NCBI GenBank assembly: GCA_964057225.1
Contig: OZ059898.1
Span: 17,608,001-17,672,000 of the forward strand
DNA length: 64,000 nt
Direction: 5' to 3'
From: Auanema rhodensis
Lineage: Eukaryota; Animalia; Nematoda
The position numbers and the translations under genes are program-made. The notes under the pieces are model-generated. The model did no database searches, had not been told where the DNA came from, and saw only the letters and a program-made list of their open reading frames with translations. Shown one piece after another: positions 1-15,000 of this stretch. Each line of letters opens with the position of its first letter. Positions within the stretch are counted from its first letter, which is position 1.

Positions 1-3000
1 AGCGTATCTCAATGTAGTATAGTGCATTTGATGCGGATTTTTAAGCTGCGTCGATCTGTGTTATCAGATTTGCGCTAGCTTAAAAATTCACCGAGATATC
101 AACTGATATAAGTTCATACTTATATCCTCGATTTTCACCCTGAAGAATTGATTTTTTCGTTGAATAACATTGTCCATCGTCTTTGCCTTGAAATAAGGAA
201 TCTAAAAACATTTACTTTTTGCTAAATTATTCTGAAATTTTTCGAAAAAATTTTTGTCAAAATGTTTTTGGAAGCAATGTTGAGTGTACATGGAAACTCA
301 ACATACACTAATGCATCATTTTTCAAACGATCATAACTAATTTTTGTATTAAGCGTTTCTCAATGTAGTATAGTGCATTCGATGCGGATTTTTAAGCTGC
401 GTCGATCTGTGTTATCAAATTTGCGCTAGCTTAAAAATGCACCGAGATATCAACTGATATAAGTTCACACTTATATCCTCGATTTTCACCCTGAAGAAAT
501 GATTTTTTCGTTGAATAACATTGTCCATCGTCTTTGCCTTGAAAAAAGGAATCTAAAAACATCTACTTTTTGCTAAATTATTTTGAAGTTTTTCGAAAAA
601 ATTTTTGTCAAAATGTTTTTGGAAGCAATGTTGAGTGTACATGGAAACTCAACATACACTAATGCATCATTTTTCGAACGATCATAACTAATTTTTGTAT
701 TAAGCGTTTCTCAATGTAGTATAGTGCATTCGATGCGGATTTTTAAGCTGCGTCGATCTGTGTTATCAGATTTGCGCTAGCTTAAAAATGCACCAAGATA
801 TCAACTGATATAAGTTCACACTTATATCCTCGATTTTCACCCTGAAGAATTAATTTTTTCGTTGAATAACATTGTCCATCGTCTTTGCCTTGAAAAAAGG
901 AATCTAAAAACATCTACTTTTTGCTAAATTATTCTGAAATTTTTCGAAAAAATTTTTGTCAAAATGTTTTTGGAAGCAATGTTGAGTGTACATGGAAACT
1001 CAACATACACTAATGCATCATTTTTCAAACGATCATAACTAATTTTTGTATTAAGCGTTTCTCAATGTAGTATAGTGCATTTGATGCGGATTTTTAAGCT
1101 GCGTCGATCTGTGTTATCAGATTTGCGCTAGCTTAAAAATGCACCGAGATATCAACTGATATAAGTTCACACTTATATCCTCGATTTTCACCCTGAAGAA
1201 ATAATTTTTTCGTTGAATAACATTGTCCATCGTCTTTGCCTTGAAAAAAGGAATCTAAAAACATCTACTTTTTGCTAAATTATTTTGAAATTTTTCGAAA
1301 AACTTTTTGTCAAAATGTTTTTGGAAGCAATGTTGAGTGTACATGGAAACTCAACATACACTAATGCATCATTTTTCAAACGATCATAACTAATTTTTGT
1401 ATTAAGCGTATCTCAATGTAGTATAGTGTATTTGATGCGGATTTTTAAGCTGCGTCGATCTGTGTTATCAGATTTGCGCTAGCTTAAAAATGCACCGAGA
1501 TATCAACTGATATAAGTTCACACTTATATCCTCGATTTTCACCCTGAAGAATTAATTTTTTCGTTGAATAACATTGTCCATCGTCTTTGCCTTGAAATAA
1601 GGAATCTAAAAACATTTACTTTTTGCTAAATTATTCTGAAATTTTTCGAAAAAATTTTTGTCAAAATGTTTTTGGAAGCAATGTTGAGTGTACATGGAAA
1701 CTCAACATACACTAATGCATCATTTTTCAAACGATCATAACTAATTTTTGTATTAAGCGTTTCTCAATGTAGTATAGTGCATTCGATGCGGATTTTTAAG
1801 CTGCGTCGATCTATGTTATCAGATTTGCGCTAGCTTAAAAATGCACCGAGATATCAACTGATATAAGTTCACACTTATATCCTCGATTTTCACCCTGAAG
1901 AAATAATTTTTTCGTTGAATAACATTGTCCATCGTCTTTGCCTTGAAAAAAGGAATCTAAAAACATCTACTTTTTGCTAAAATATTTTGAAGTTTTTCGA
2001 AAAAATTTTTGTCAAAATGTTTTTGGAAGCAATGTTGAGTGTACATGGAAACTCAACATACACTAATGCATCATTTTTCAAACGATCATAACTAATTTTT
2101 GTATTAAGCGTTTCTCAATGTAGTATAGTGCATTCGATGCGGATTTTTAAGCTGCGTCGATCTGTGTTATCAGATTTGCGCTAGCTTAAAAATGCACCGA
2201 GATATCAACTGATATAAGTTCACACTTATATCCTCGATTTTCACCCTGAAGAATTAATTTTTTCGTTGAATAACATTGTCCATCGTCTTTGCCTTGAAAA
2301 AAGGAATCTAAAAACATCTACTTTTTGCTAAATTATTTTGAAGTTTTTCGAAAAAATTTTTGTCAAAATGTTTTTGGAAGCAATGTTGAGTGTACATGGA
2401 AACTCAACATACACTAATGCATCATTTTTCAAACGATCATAACTAATTTTTGTATTAAGCGTTTCTCAATGTAGTATAGTGCATTCGATGCGGATTTTTA
2501 AGCTGCGTCGATCTGTGTTATCAGATTTGCGCTAGCTTAAAAATGCACCGAGATATCAACTGATATAAGTTCACACTTATATCCTCGATTTTCACCCTGA
2601 AGAATTAATTTTTTCGTTGAGTAACATTGTCCATCGTCTTTGCCTTGAAAAAAGGAATCTAAAAACATCTACTTTTTGCTAAATTATTCTGAAATTTTTC
2701 GAAAAAATTTTTGTCAAAATGTTTTTGGAAGCAATGTTGAGTGTACATGGAAACTCAACATACACTAATGCATCATTTTTCGAACGATCATAACTAATTT
2801 TTGTATTAAGCGTTTCTCAATGTAGTATAGTGCATTCGATGCGGATTTTTAAGCTGCGTCGATCTGTGTTATCAGATTTGCGCTAGCTTAAAAATGCACC
2901 GAGATATCAACTGATATAAGTTCACACTTATATCCTCGATTTTCACCCTGAAGAATTAATTTTTTCGTTGAATAACATTGTCCATCGTCTTTGCCTTGAA

Positions 3001-6000
3001 AAAAGAAATCTAAAAACATCTACTTTTTGCTAAATTATTCTGAAATTTTTCGAAAAAATTTTTGTCAAAATGTTTTTGGAAGCAATGTTGAGTGTACATG
3101 GAAACTCAACATACACTAATGCATCATTTTTCAAACGATCATAACTAATTTTTGTATTAAGCGTATCTCAATGTAGTATAGTGCATTTGATGCGGATTTT
3201 TAAGCTGCGTCGATCTGTGTTATCAGATTTGCGCTAGCTTAAAAATGCACCGAGATATCAACTGATATAAGTTCACACTTATATCCTCGATTTTCACCCT
3301 GAAGAATTAATTTTTTCGTTGAATAACATTGTCCATCGTCTTTGCCTTGAAAAAAGAAATCTAAAAACATCTACTTTTTGCTAAATTATTCTGAAATTTT
3401 TCGAAAAAATTTTTGTCAAAATGTTTTTGGAAGCAATGTTGAGTGTACATGGAAACTCAACATACACTAATGCATCATTTTTCAAACGATCATAACTAAT
3501 TTTTGTATTAAGCGTATCTCAATGTAGTATAGTGCATTTGATGCGGATTTTTAAGCTGCGTCGATCTGTGTTATCAGATTTGCGCTAGCTTAAAAATGCA
3601 CCGAGATATCAACTGATATAAGTTCATACTTATATCCTCGATTTTCACCCTGAAGAATTAATTTTTTCGTTGAATAACATTGTCCATCGTCTTTGCCTTG
3701 AAAAAAGGAATCTAAAAACATCTACTTTTTGCTAAATTATTCTGAAATTTTTCGAAAAAATTTTTGTCAAAATGTTTTTGGAAGCAATGTTGAGTGTACA
3801 TGGAAACTCAACATACACTAATGCATCATTTTTCAAACGATCATAACTAATTTTTGTATTAAGCGTTTCTCAATGTAGTATAGTGCATTTGATGCGGATT
3901 TTTAAGCTGCGTCGATCTGTGTTGTCAGATTTGCGCTAGCTTAAAAATGCACCGAGATATCAACTGATATAAGTTCACACTTATATCCTCGATTTTCACC
4001 CTGAAGAAATAATTTTTTCGTTGAATAACATTGTCCATCGTCTTTGCCTTGAAAAAAGGAATCTAAAAACATCTACTTTTTGCTAAATTATTTTGAAATT
4101 TTTCGAAAAAATTTTTGTCAAAATGTTTTTGGAAGCAATGTTGAGTGTACATGGAAACTCAACATACACTAATGCATCATTTTTCAAACGATCATAACTA
4201 ATTTTTGTATTAAGCGTATCTCAATGTAGTATAGTGCATTCGATGCGGATTTTTAAGCTGCGTCGATCTGTGTTATCAGATTTGCTCTAGCTTAAAAATG
4301 CACCGAGATATCAACTGATATAAGTTCACACTTATATCCTCGATTTTCACCCTGAAGAAATAATTTTTTCGTTGAATAACATTGTCCATCGTCTTTGCCT
4401 TGAAAAAAGGAATCTAAAAACATCTACTTTTTGCTAAATTATTTCGAAATTTTTCGAAAAAATTTTTGTCAAAATGTTTTTGGAAGCAATGTTGAGTGTA
4501 CATGGAAACTCAACATACACTAATGCATCATTTTTCGAACGATCATAACTAATTTTTGTATTAAGCGTTTCTCAATGTAGTATAGTGCATTCGATGCGGA
4601 TTTTTAAGCTGCGTCGATCTGTGTTATCAGATTTGCGCTAGCTTAAAAATGCACCGAGATATCAACTGATATAAGTTCACACTTATATCCTCGATTTTCA
4701 CCCTGAAGAATTAATTTTTTCGTTGAATAACATTGTCCATCGTCTTTGCCTTGAAATAAGGAATCTAAAAACATTTACTTTTTGCTAAATTATTCTGAAA
4801 TTTTTCGAAAAAATTTTTGTCAAAATGTTTTTGGAAGCAATGTTGAGTGTACATGGAAACTCAACATACACTAATGCATCATTTTTCAAACGATCATAAC
4901 TAATTTTTGTATTAAGCGTTTCTCAATGTAGTATAGTGCATTCGATGCGGATTTTTAAGCTGCGTCGATCTGTGTTATCAGATTTGCGCTAGCTTAAAAA
5001 TGCACCGAGATATCAACTGATATAAGTTCACACTTATATCCTCGATTTTCACCCTGAAGAAATAATTTTTTCGTTGAATAACATTGTCCATCGTCTTTGC
5101 CTTGAAAAAAGGAATCTAAAAACATCTACTTTTTGCTAAAATATTTTGAAGTTTTTCGAAAAAATTTTTGTCAAAATGTTTTTGGAAGCAATGTTGAGTG
5201 TACATGGAAACTCAACATACACTAATGCATCATTTTTCAAACGATCATAACTAATTTTTGTATTAAGCGTTTCTCAATGTAGTATAGTGCATTCGATGCG
5301 GATTTTTAAGCTGCGTCGATCTGTGTTATCAGATTTGCGCTAGCTTAAAAATGCACCGAGATATCAACTGATATAAGTTCACACTTATATCCTCGATTTT
5401 CACCCTGAAGAATTAATTTTTTCGTTGAATAACATTGTCCATCGTCTTTGCCTTGAAAAAAGGAATCTAAAAACATCTACTTTTTGCTAAATTATTTTGA
5501 AGTTTTTCGAAAAAATTTTTGTCAAAATGTTTTTGGAAGCAATGTTGAGTGTACATGGAAACTCAACATACACTAATGCATCATTTTTCAAACGATCATA
5601 ACTAATTTTTGTATTAAGCGTTTCTCAATGTAGTATAGTGCATTCGATGCGGATTTTTAAGCTGCGTCGATCTGTGTTATCAGATTTGCGCTAGCTTAAA
5701 AATGCACCGAGATATCAACTGATATAAGTTCACACTTATATCCTCGATTTTCACCCTGAAGAATTAATTTTTTCGTTGAGTAACATTGTCCATCGTCTTT
5801 GCCTTGAAAAAAGAAATCTAAAAACATCTACTTTTTGCTAAATTATTCTGAAATTTTTCGAAAAAATTTTTGTCAAAATGTTTTTGGAAGCAATGTTGAG
5901 TGTACATGGAAACTCAACATACACTAATGCATCATTTTTCGAACGATCATAACTAATTTTTGTATTAAGCGTTTCTCAATGTAGTATAGTGCATTCGATG

Positions 6001-9000
6001 CGGATTTTTAAGCTGCGTCGATCTGTGTTATCAGATTTGCGCTAGCTTAAAAATGCACCGAGATATCAACTGATATAAGTTCACACTTATATCCTCGATT
6101 TTCACCCTGAAGAATTAATTTTTTCGTTGAATAACATTGTCCATCGTCTTTGCCTTGAAAAAAGAAATCTAAAAACATCTACTTTTTGCTAAATTATTCT
6201 GAAATTTTTCGAAAAAATTTTTGTCAAAATGTTTTTGGAAGCAATGTTGAGTGTACATGGAAACTCAACATACACTAATGCATCATTTTTCAAACGATCA
6301 TAACTAATTTTTGTATTAAGCGTATCTCAATGTAGTATAGTGCATTTGATGCGGATTTTTAAGCTGCGTCGATCTGTGTTATCAGATTTGCGCTAGCTTA
6401 AAAATGCACCGAGATATCAACTGATATAAGTTCATACTTATATCCTCGATTTTCACCCTGAAGAATTAATTTTTTCGTTGAATAACATTGTCCATCGTCT
6501 TTGCCTTGAAAAAAGGAATCTAAAAACATCTACTTTTTGCTAAATTATTCTGAAATTTTTCGAAAAAATTTTTGTCAAAATGTTTTTGGAAGCAATGTTG
6601 AGTGTACATGGAAACTCAACATACACTAATGCATCATTTTTCGAACGATCATAACTAATTTTTGTATTAAGCGTTTCTCAATGTAGTATAGTGCATTCGA
6701 TGCGGATTTTTAAGCTGCGTCGATCTGTGTTATCAGATTTGCGCTAGCTTAAAAATGCACCGAGATATCAACTGATATAAGTTCATACTTATATCCTCGA
6801 TTTTCACCCTGAAGAATTAATTTTTTCGTTGAATAACATTGTCCATCGTCTTTGCCTTGAAAAAAGGAATCTAAAAACATCTACTTTTTGCTAAATTATT
6901 CTGAAATTTTTCGAAAAAATTTTTGTCAAAATGTTTTTGGAAGCAATGTTGAGTGTACATGGAAACTCAACATACACTAATGCATCATTTTTCAAACGAT
7001 CATAACTAATTTTTGTATTAAGCGTTTCTCAATGTAGTATAGTGCATTTGATGCGGATTTTTAAGCTGCGTCGATCTGTGTTGTCAGATTTGCGCTAGCT
7101 TAAAAATGCACCGAGATATCAACTGATATAAGTTCACACTTATATCCTCGATTTTCACCCTGAAGAAATAATTTTTTCGTTGAATAACATTGTCCATCGT
7201 CTTTGCCTTGAAAAAAGGAATCTAAAAACATCTACTTTTTGCTAAATTATTTTGAAATTTTTCGAAAAAATTTTTGTCAAAATGTTTTTGGAAGCAATGT
7301 TGAGTGTACATGGAAACTCAACATACACTAATGCATCATTTTTCAAACGATCATAACTAATTTTTGTATTAAGCGTATCTCAATGTAGTATAGTGCATTC
7401 GATGCGGATTTTTAAGCTGCGTCGATCTGTGTTATCAGATTTGCGCTAGCTTAAAAATGCACCGAGATATCAACTGATATAAGTTCACACTTATATCCTC
7501 GATTTTCACCCTGAAGAAATAATTTTTTCGTTGAATAACATTGTCCATCGTCTTTGCCTTGAAAAAAGGAATCTAAAAACATCTACTTTTTGCTAAATTA
7601 TTTCGAAATTTTTCGAAAAAATTTTTGTCAAAATGTTTTTGGAAGCAATGTTGAGTGTACATGGAAACTCAACATACACTAATGCATCATTTTTCAAACG
7701 ATCATAACTAATTTTTGTATTAAGCGTATCTCAATGTAGTATAGTGCATTCGATGCGGATTTTTAAGCTGCGTCGATCTGTGTTATCAGATTTGCGCTAG
7801 CTTAAAAATGCACCGAGATATCAACTGATATAAGTTCACACTTATATCCTCGATTTTCACCCTGAAGAAATAATTTTTTCGTTGAATAACATTGTCCATC
7901 GTCTTTGCCTTGAAAAAAGGAATCTAAAAACATCTACTTTTTGCTAAATTATTTCGAAATTTTTCGAAAAAATTTTTGTCAAAATGTTTTTGGAAGCAAT
8001 GTTGAGTGTACATGGAAACTCAACATACACTAATGCATCATTTTTCAAACGATCATAACTAATTTTTGTATTAAGCGTTTCTCAATGTAGTATAGTGCAT
8101 TTGATGCGGATTTTTAAGCTGCGTCGATCTGTGTTATCAGATTTGCGCTAGCTTAAAAATGCACCGAGATATCAACTGATATAAGTTCACACTTATATCC
8201 TCGATTTTCACCCTGAAGAATTAATTTTTTCGTTGAATAACATTGTCCATCGTCTTTGCCTTGAAAAAAGAAATCTAAAAACATCTACTTTTTGCTAAAT
8301 TATTCTGAAATTTTTCGAAAAAATTTTTGTCAAAATGTTTTTGGAAGCAATGTTGAGTGTACATGGAAACTCAACATACACTAATGCATCATTTTTCAAA
8401 CGATCATAACTAATTTTTGTATTAAGCGTATCTCAATGTAGTATAGTGCATTTGATGCGGATTTTTAAGCTGCGTCGATCTGTGTTATCAGATTTGCGCT
8501 AGCTTAAAAATGCACCGAGATATCAACTGATATAAGTTCATACTTATATCCTCGATTTTCACCCTGAAGAATTAATTTTTTCGTTGAATAACATTGTCCA
8601 TCGTCTTTGCCTTGAAAAAAGGAATCTAAAAACATCTACTTTTTGCTAAATTATTCTGAAATTTTTCGAAAAAATTTTTGTCAAAATGTTTTTGGAAGCA
8701 ATGTTGAGTGTACATGGAAACTCAACATACACTAATGCATCATTTTTCAAACGATCATAACTAATTTTTGTATTAAGCGTATCTCAATGTAGAATAGTGC
8801 ATTCGATGCGGATTTTTAAGCTGCGTCGATCTGTGTTATCAGATTTGCGCTAGCTTAAAAATGCACCGAGATATCAACTGATATAAGTTCACACTTATAT
8901 CCTCGATTTTCACCCTGAAGAAATAATTTTTTCGTTGAATAACATTGTCCATCGTCTTTGCCTTGAAAAAAGGAATCTAAAAACATCTACTTTTTGCTAA

Positions 9001-12000
9001 ATTATTTCGAAATTTTTCGAAAAAATTTTTGTCAAAATGTTTTTGGAAGCAATGTTGAGTGTACATGGAAACTCAACATACACTAATGCATCATTTTTCA
9101 AACGATCATAACTAATTTTTGTATTAAGCGTTTCTCAATGTAGTATAGTGCATTTGATGCGGATTTTTAAGCTGCGTCGATCTGTGTTATCAGATTTGCG
9201 CTAGCTTAAAAATGCACCGAGATATCAACTGATATAAGTTCACACTTATATCCTCGATTTTCACCCTGAAGAAATAATTTTTTCGTTGAATAACATTGTC
9301 CATCTTCTTTGCCTTGAAAAAAGAAATCTAAAAACATCTACTTTTTGCTAAATTATTTTGAAGTTTTTCGAAAAAATTTTTGTCAAAATGTTTTTGGAAG
9401 CAATGTTGAGTGTACATGGAAACTCAACATACACTAATGCATCATTTTTCAAACGATCATAACTAATTTTTGTATTAAGCGTATCTCAATGTAGTATAGT
9501 GCATTTGATGCGGATTTTTAAGCTGCGTCGATCTGTGTTATCAGATTTGCGCTAGCTTAAAAATGCACCGAGATATCAACTGATATAAGTTCACACTTAT
9601 ATCCTCGATTTTCACCCTGAAGAAATAATTTTTTCGTTGAATAACATTGTCCATCGTCTTTGCCTTGAAGAAAGGAATCTAAAAACATCTACTTTTTGCT
9701 AAATTATTCTGAAATTTTTCGAAAAAATTTTTGTCAAAATGTTTTTGGAAGCAATGTTGAGTGTACATGGAAACTCAACATACACTAATGCATCATTTTT
9801 CAAACGATCATAACTAATTTTTGTATTAAGCGTATCTCAATGTAGTATAGTGCATTTGATGCGGATTTTTAAGCTGCGTCGATCTGTGTTATCAGATTTG
9901 CGCTAGCTTAAAAATGCACCGAGATATCGACTGATATAAGTTCATACTTATATCCTCGATTTTCACCCTGAAGAATTATTTTTTTCGTTGAATAACATTG
10001 TCCATCGTCTTTGCCTTGAAAAAAGGAATCTAAAAACATCTACTTTTTGCTAAATTATTCTGAAATTTTTCGAAAAAATTTTTGTCAAAATGTTTTTGGA
10101 AGCAATGTTGAGTGTACATGGAAACTCAACATACACTAATGCATCATTTTTCGAACGATCATAACTAATTTTTGTATTAAGCGTTTCTCAATGTAGTATA
10201 GTGCATTCGATGCGGATTTTTAAGCTGCGTCGATCTGTGTTATCAGATTTGCGCTAGCTTAAAAATGCACCGAGATATCAATTGATATAAGTTCACACTT
10301 ATATCCTCGATTTTCACCCTGAAGAATTAATTTTTTCGTTGAATAACATTGTCCATCGTCTTTGCCTTGAAAAAAGAAATCTAAAAACATCTACTTTTTG
10401 CTAAATTATTCTGAAATTTTTCGAAAAAATTTTTGTCAAAATGTTTTTGGAAGCAATGTTGAGTGTACATGGAAACTCAACATACACTAATGCATCATTT
10501 TTCAAACGATCATAACTAATTTTTGTATTAAGCGTATCTCAATGTAGTATAGTGCATTTGATGCGGATTTTTAAGCTGCGTCGATCTGTGTTATCAGATT
10601 TGCGCTAGCTTAAAAATGCACCGAGATATCAACTGATATAAGTTCATACTTATATCCTCGATTTTCACCCTGAAGAATTAATTTTTTCGTTGAATAACAT
10701 TGTCCATCGTCTTTGCCTTGAAAAAAGGAATCTAAAAACATCTACTTTTTGCTAAATTATTCTGAAATTTTTCGAAAAAATTTTTGTCAAAATGTTTTTG
10801 GAAGCAATGTTGAGTGTACATGGAAACTCAACATACACTAATGCATCATTTTTCAAACGATCATAACTAATTTTTGTATTAAGCGTATCTCAATGTAGTA
10901 TAGTGCATTTGATGCGGATTTTTAAGCTGCGTCGATCTGTGTTATCAGATTTGCGCTAGCTTGAAAATGCACCGAGATATCAACTGATATAAGTTCATAC
11001 TTATATCCTCGATTTTCACCCTGAAGAATTAATTTTTTCGTTGAATAACATTGTCCATCGTCTTTGCCTTGAAAAAAGGAATCTAAAAACATCTACTTTT
11101 TGCTAAATTATTCTGAAATTTTTCGAAAAAATTTTTGTCAAAATGTTTTTGGAAGCAATGTTGAGTGTACATGGAAACTCAACATACACTAATGCATCAT
11201 TTTTCAAACGATCATAACTAATTTTTGTATTAAGCGTTTCTCAATGTAGTATAGTGCATTTGATGCGGATTTTTAAGCTGCGTCGATCTGTGTTGTCAGA
11301 TTTGCGCTAGCTTAAAAATGCACCGAGATATCAACTGATATAAGTTCACACTTATATCCTCGATTTTCACCCTGAAGAAATAATTTTTTCGTTGAATAAC
11401 ATTGTCCATCGTCTTTGCCTTGAAAAAAGGAATCTAAAAACATCTACTTTTTGCTAAATTATTTTGAAATTTTTCGAAAAAATTTTTGTCAAAATGTTTT
11501 TGGAAGCAATGTTGAGTGTACATGGAAACTCAACATACACTAATGCATCATTTTTCAAACGATCATAACTAATTTTTGTATTAAGCGTATCTCAATGTAG
11601 TATAGTGCATTCGATGCGGATTTTTAAGCTGCGTCGATCTGTGTTATCAGATTTGCGCTAGCTTAAAAATGCACCGAGATATCAACTGATATAAGTTCAC
11701 ACTTATATCCTCGATTTTCACCCTGAAGAAATAATTTTTTCGTTGAATAACATTGTCCATCGTCTTTGCCTTGAAAAAAGGAATCTAAAAACATCTACTT
11801 TTTGCTAAATTATTTCGAAATTTTTCGAAAAAATTTTTGTCAAAATGTTTTTGGAAGCAATGTTGAGTGTACATGGAAACTCAACATACACTAATGCATC
11901 ATTTTTCAAACGATCATAACTAATTTTTGTATTAAGCGTATCTCAATGTAGTATAGTGCATTCGATGCGGATTTTTAAGCTGCGTCGATCTGTGTTATCA

Positions 12001-15000
12001 GATTTGCGCTAGCTTAAAAATGCACCGAGATATCAACTGATATAAGTTCACACTTATATCCTCGATTTTCACCCTGAAGAAATAATTTTTTCGTTGAATA
12101 ACATTGTCCATCGTCTTTGCCTTGAAAAAAGGAATCTAAAAACATCTACTTTTTGCTAAATTATTTCGAAATTTTTCGAAAAAATTTTTGTCAAAATGTT
12201 TTTGGAAGCAATGTTGAGTGTACATGGAAACTCAACATACACTAATGCATCATTTTTCAAACGATCATAACTAATTTTTGTATTAAGCGTTTCTCAATGT
12301 AGTATAGTGCATTTGATGCGGATTTTTAAGCTGCGTCGATCTGTGTTATCAGATTTGCGCTAGCTTAAAAATGCACCGAGATATCAACTGATATAAGTTC
12401 ACACTTATATCCTCGATTTTCACCCTGAAGAATTAATTTTTTCGTTGAATAACATTGTCCATCGTCTTTGCCTTGAAAAAAGAAATCTAAAAACATCTAC
12501 TTTTTGCTAAATTATTCTGAAATTTTTCGAAAAAATTTTTGTCAAAATGTTTTTGGAAGCAATGTTGAGTGTACATGGAAACTCAACATACACTAATGCA
12601 TCATTTTTCAAACGATCATAACTAATTTTTGTATTAAGCGTATCTCAATGTAGTATAGTGCATTTGATGCGGATTTTTAAGCTGCGTCGATCTGTGTTAT
12701 CAGATTTGCGCTAGCTTAAAAATGCACCGAGATATCAACTGATATAAGTTCATACTTATATCCTCGATTTTCACCCTGAAGAATTAATTTTTTCGTTGAA
12801 TAACATTGTCCATCGTCTTTGCCTTGAAAAAAGGAATCTAAAAACATCTACTTTTTGCTAAATTATTCTGAAATTTTTCGAAAAAATTTTTGTCAAAATG
12901 TTTTTGGAAGCAATGTTGAGTGTACATGGAAACTCAACATACACTAATGCATCATTTTTCAAACGATCATAACTAATTTTTGTATTAAGCGTATCTCAAT
13001 GTAGTATAGTGCATTTGATGCGGATTTTTAAGCTGCGTCGATCTGTGTTATCAGATTTGCGCTAGCTTAAAAATGCACCGAGATATCAACTGATATAAGT
13101 TCATACTTATATCCTCGATTTTCACCCTGAAGAATTAATTTTTTCGTTGAATAACATTGTCCATCGTCTTTGCCTTGAAAAAAGGAATCTAAAAACATCT
13201 ACTTTTTGCTAAATTATTTCGAAATTTTTCGAAAAAATTTTTGTCAAAATGTTTTTGGAAGCAATGTTGAGTGTACATGGAAACTCAACATACACTAATG
13301 CATCATTTTTCAAACGATCATAACTAATTTTTGTATTAAGCGTTTCTCAATGTAGTATAGTGCATTTGATGCGGATTTTTAAGCTGCGTCGATCTGTGTT
13401 ATCAGATTTGCGCTAGCTTAAAAATGCACCGAGATATCAACTGATATAAGTTCACACTTATATCCTCGATTTTCACCCTGAAGAATTAATTTTTTCGTTG
13501 AATAACATTGTCCATCGTCTTTGCCTTGAAAAAAGAAATCTGAAAACATCTACTTTTTGCTAAATTATTCTGAAATTTTTCGAAAAAATTTTTGTCAAAA
13601 TGTTTTTGGAAGCAATGTTGAGTGTACATGGAAACTCAACATACACTAATGCATCATTTTTCAAACGATCATAACTAATTTTTGTATTAAGCGTATCTCA
13701 ATGTAGTATAGTGCATTTGATGCGGATTTTTAAGCTGCGTCGATCTGTGTTATCAGATTTGCGCTAGCTTAAAAATGCACCGAGATATCAACTGATATAA
13801 GTTCATACTTATATCCTCGATTTTCACCCTGAAGAATTAATTTTTTCGTTGAATAACATTGTCCATCGTCTTTGCCTTGAAAAAAGGAATCTAAAAACAT
13901 CTACTTTTTGCTAAATTATTCTGAAATTTTTCGAAAAAATTTTTGTCAAAATGTTTTTGGAAGCAATGTTGAGTGTACATGGAAACTCAACATACACTAA
14001 TGCATCATTTTTCGAACGATCATAACTAATTTTTGTATTAAGCGTTTCTCAATGTAGTATAGTGCATTCGATGCGGATTTTTAAGCTGCGTCGATCTGTG
14101 TTATCAGATTTGCGCTAGCTTAAAAATGCACCGAGATATCAACTGATATAAGTTCACACTTATATCCTCGATTTTCACCCTGAAGAATTAATTTTTTCGT
14201 TGAATAACATTGTCCATCGTCTTTGCCTTGAAAAAAGAAATCTAAAAACATCTACTTTTTGCTAAATTATTCTGAAATTTTTCGAAAAAATTTTTGTCAA
14301 AATGTTTTTGGAAGCAATGTTGAGTGTACATGGAAACTCAACATACACTAATGCATCATTTTTCAAACGATCATAACTAATTTTTGTATTAAGCGTATCT
14401 CAATGTAGTATAGTGCATTTGATGCGGATTTTTAAGCTGCGTCGATCTGTGTTATCAGATTTGCGCTAGCTTAAAAATGCACCGAGATATCAACTGATAT
14501 AAGTTCATACTTATATCCTCGATTTTCACCCTGAAGAATTAATTTTTTCGTTGAATAACATTGTCCATCGTCTTTGCCTTGAAAAAAGGAATCTAAAAAC
14601 ATCTACTTTTTGCTAAATTATTCTGAAATTTTTCGAAAAAATTTTTGTCAAAATGTTTTTGGAAGCAATGTTGAGTGTACATGGAAACTCAACATACACT
14701 AATGCATCATTTTTCAAACGATCATAACTAATTTTTGTATTAAGCGTTTCTCAATGTAGTATAGTGCATTTGATGCGGATTTTTAAGCTGCGTCGATCTG
14801 TGTTGTCAGATTTGCGCTAGCTTAAAAATGCACCGAGATATCAACTGATATAAGTTCACACTTATATCCTCGATTTTCACCCTGAAGAAATAATTTTTTC
14901 GTTGAATAACATTGTCCATCTTCTTTGCCTTGAAAAAAGAAATCTAAAAACATCTACTTTTTGCTAAATTATTTTGAAGTTTTTCGAAAAAATTTTTGTC

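Noticed and set aside
155-171. CENP-B-box-like TTTCGTTGAA
   Set aside because: It matches only TTCG....A of the NTTCGNNNNANNCGGGN core; CGGG is absent.
1-351. Assignment to a named satellite family or species (length resembles ~350-360-bp insect satellites)
   Set aside because: Length, AT content and the short intron are only suggestive. I do not recognise the sequence, so a BLAST/Dfam search is required.
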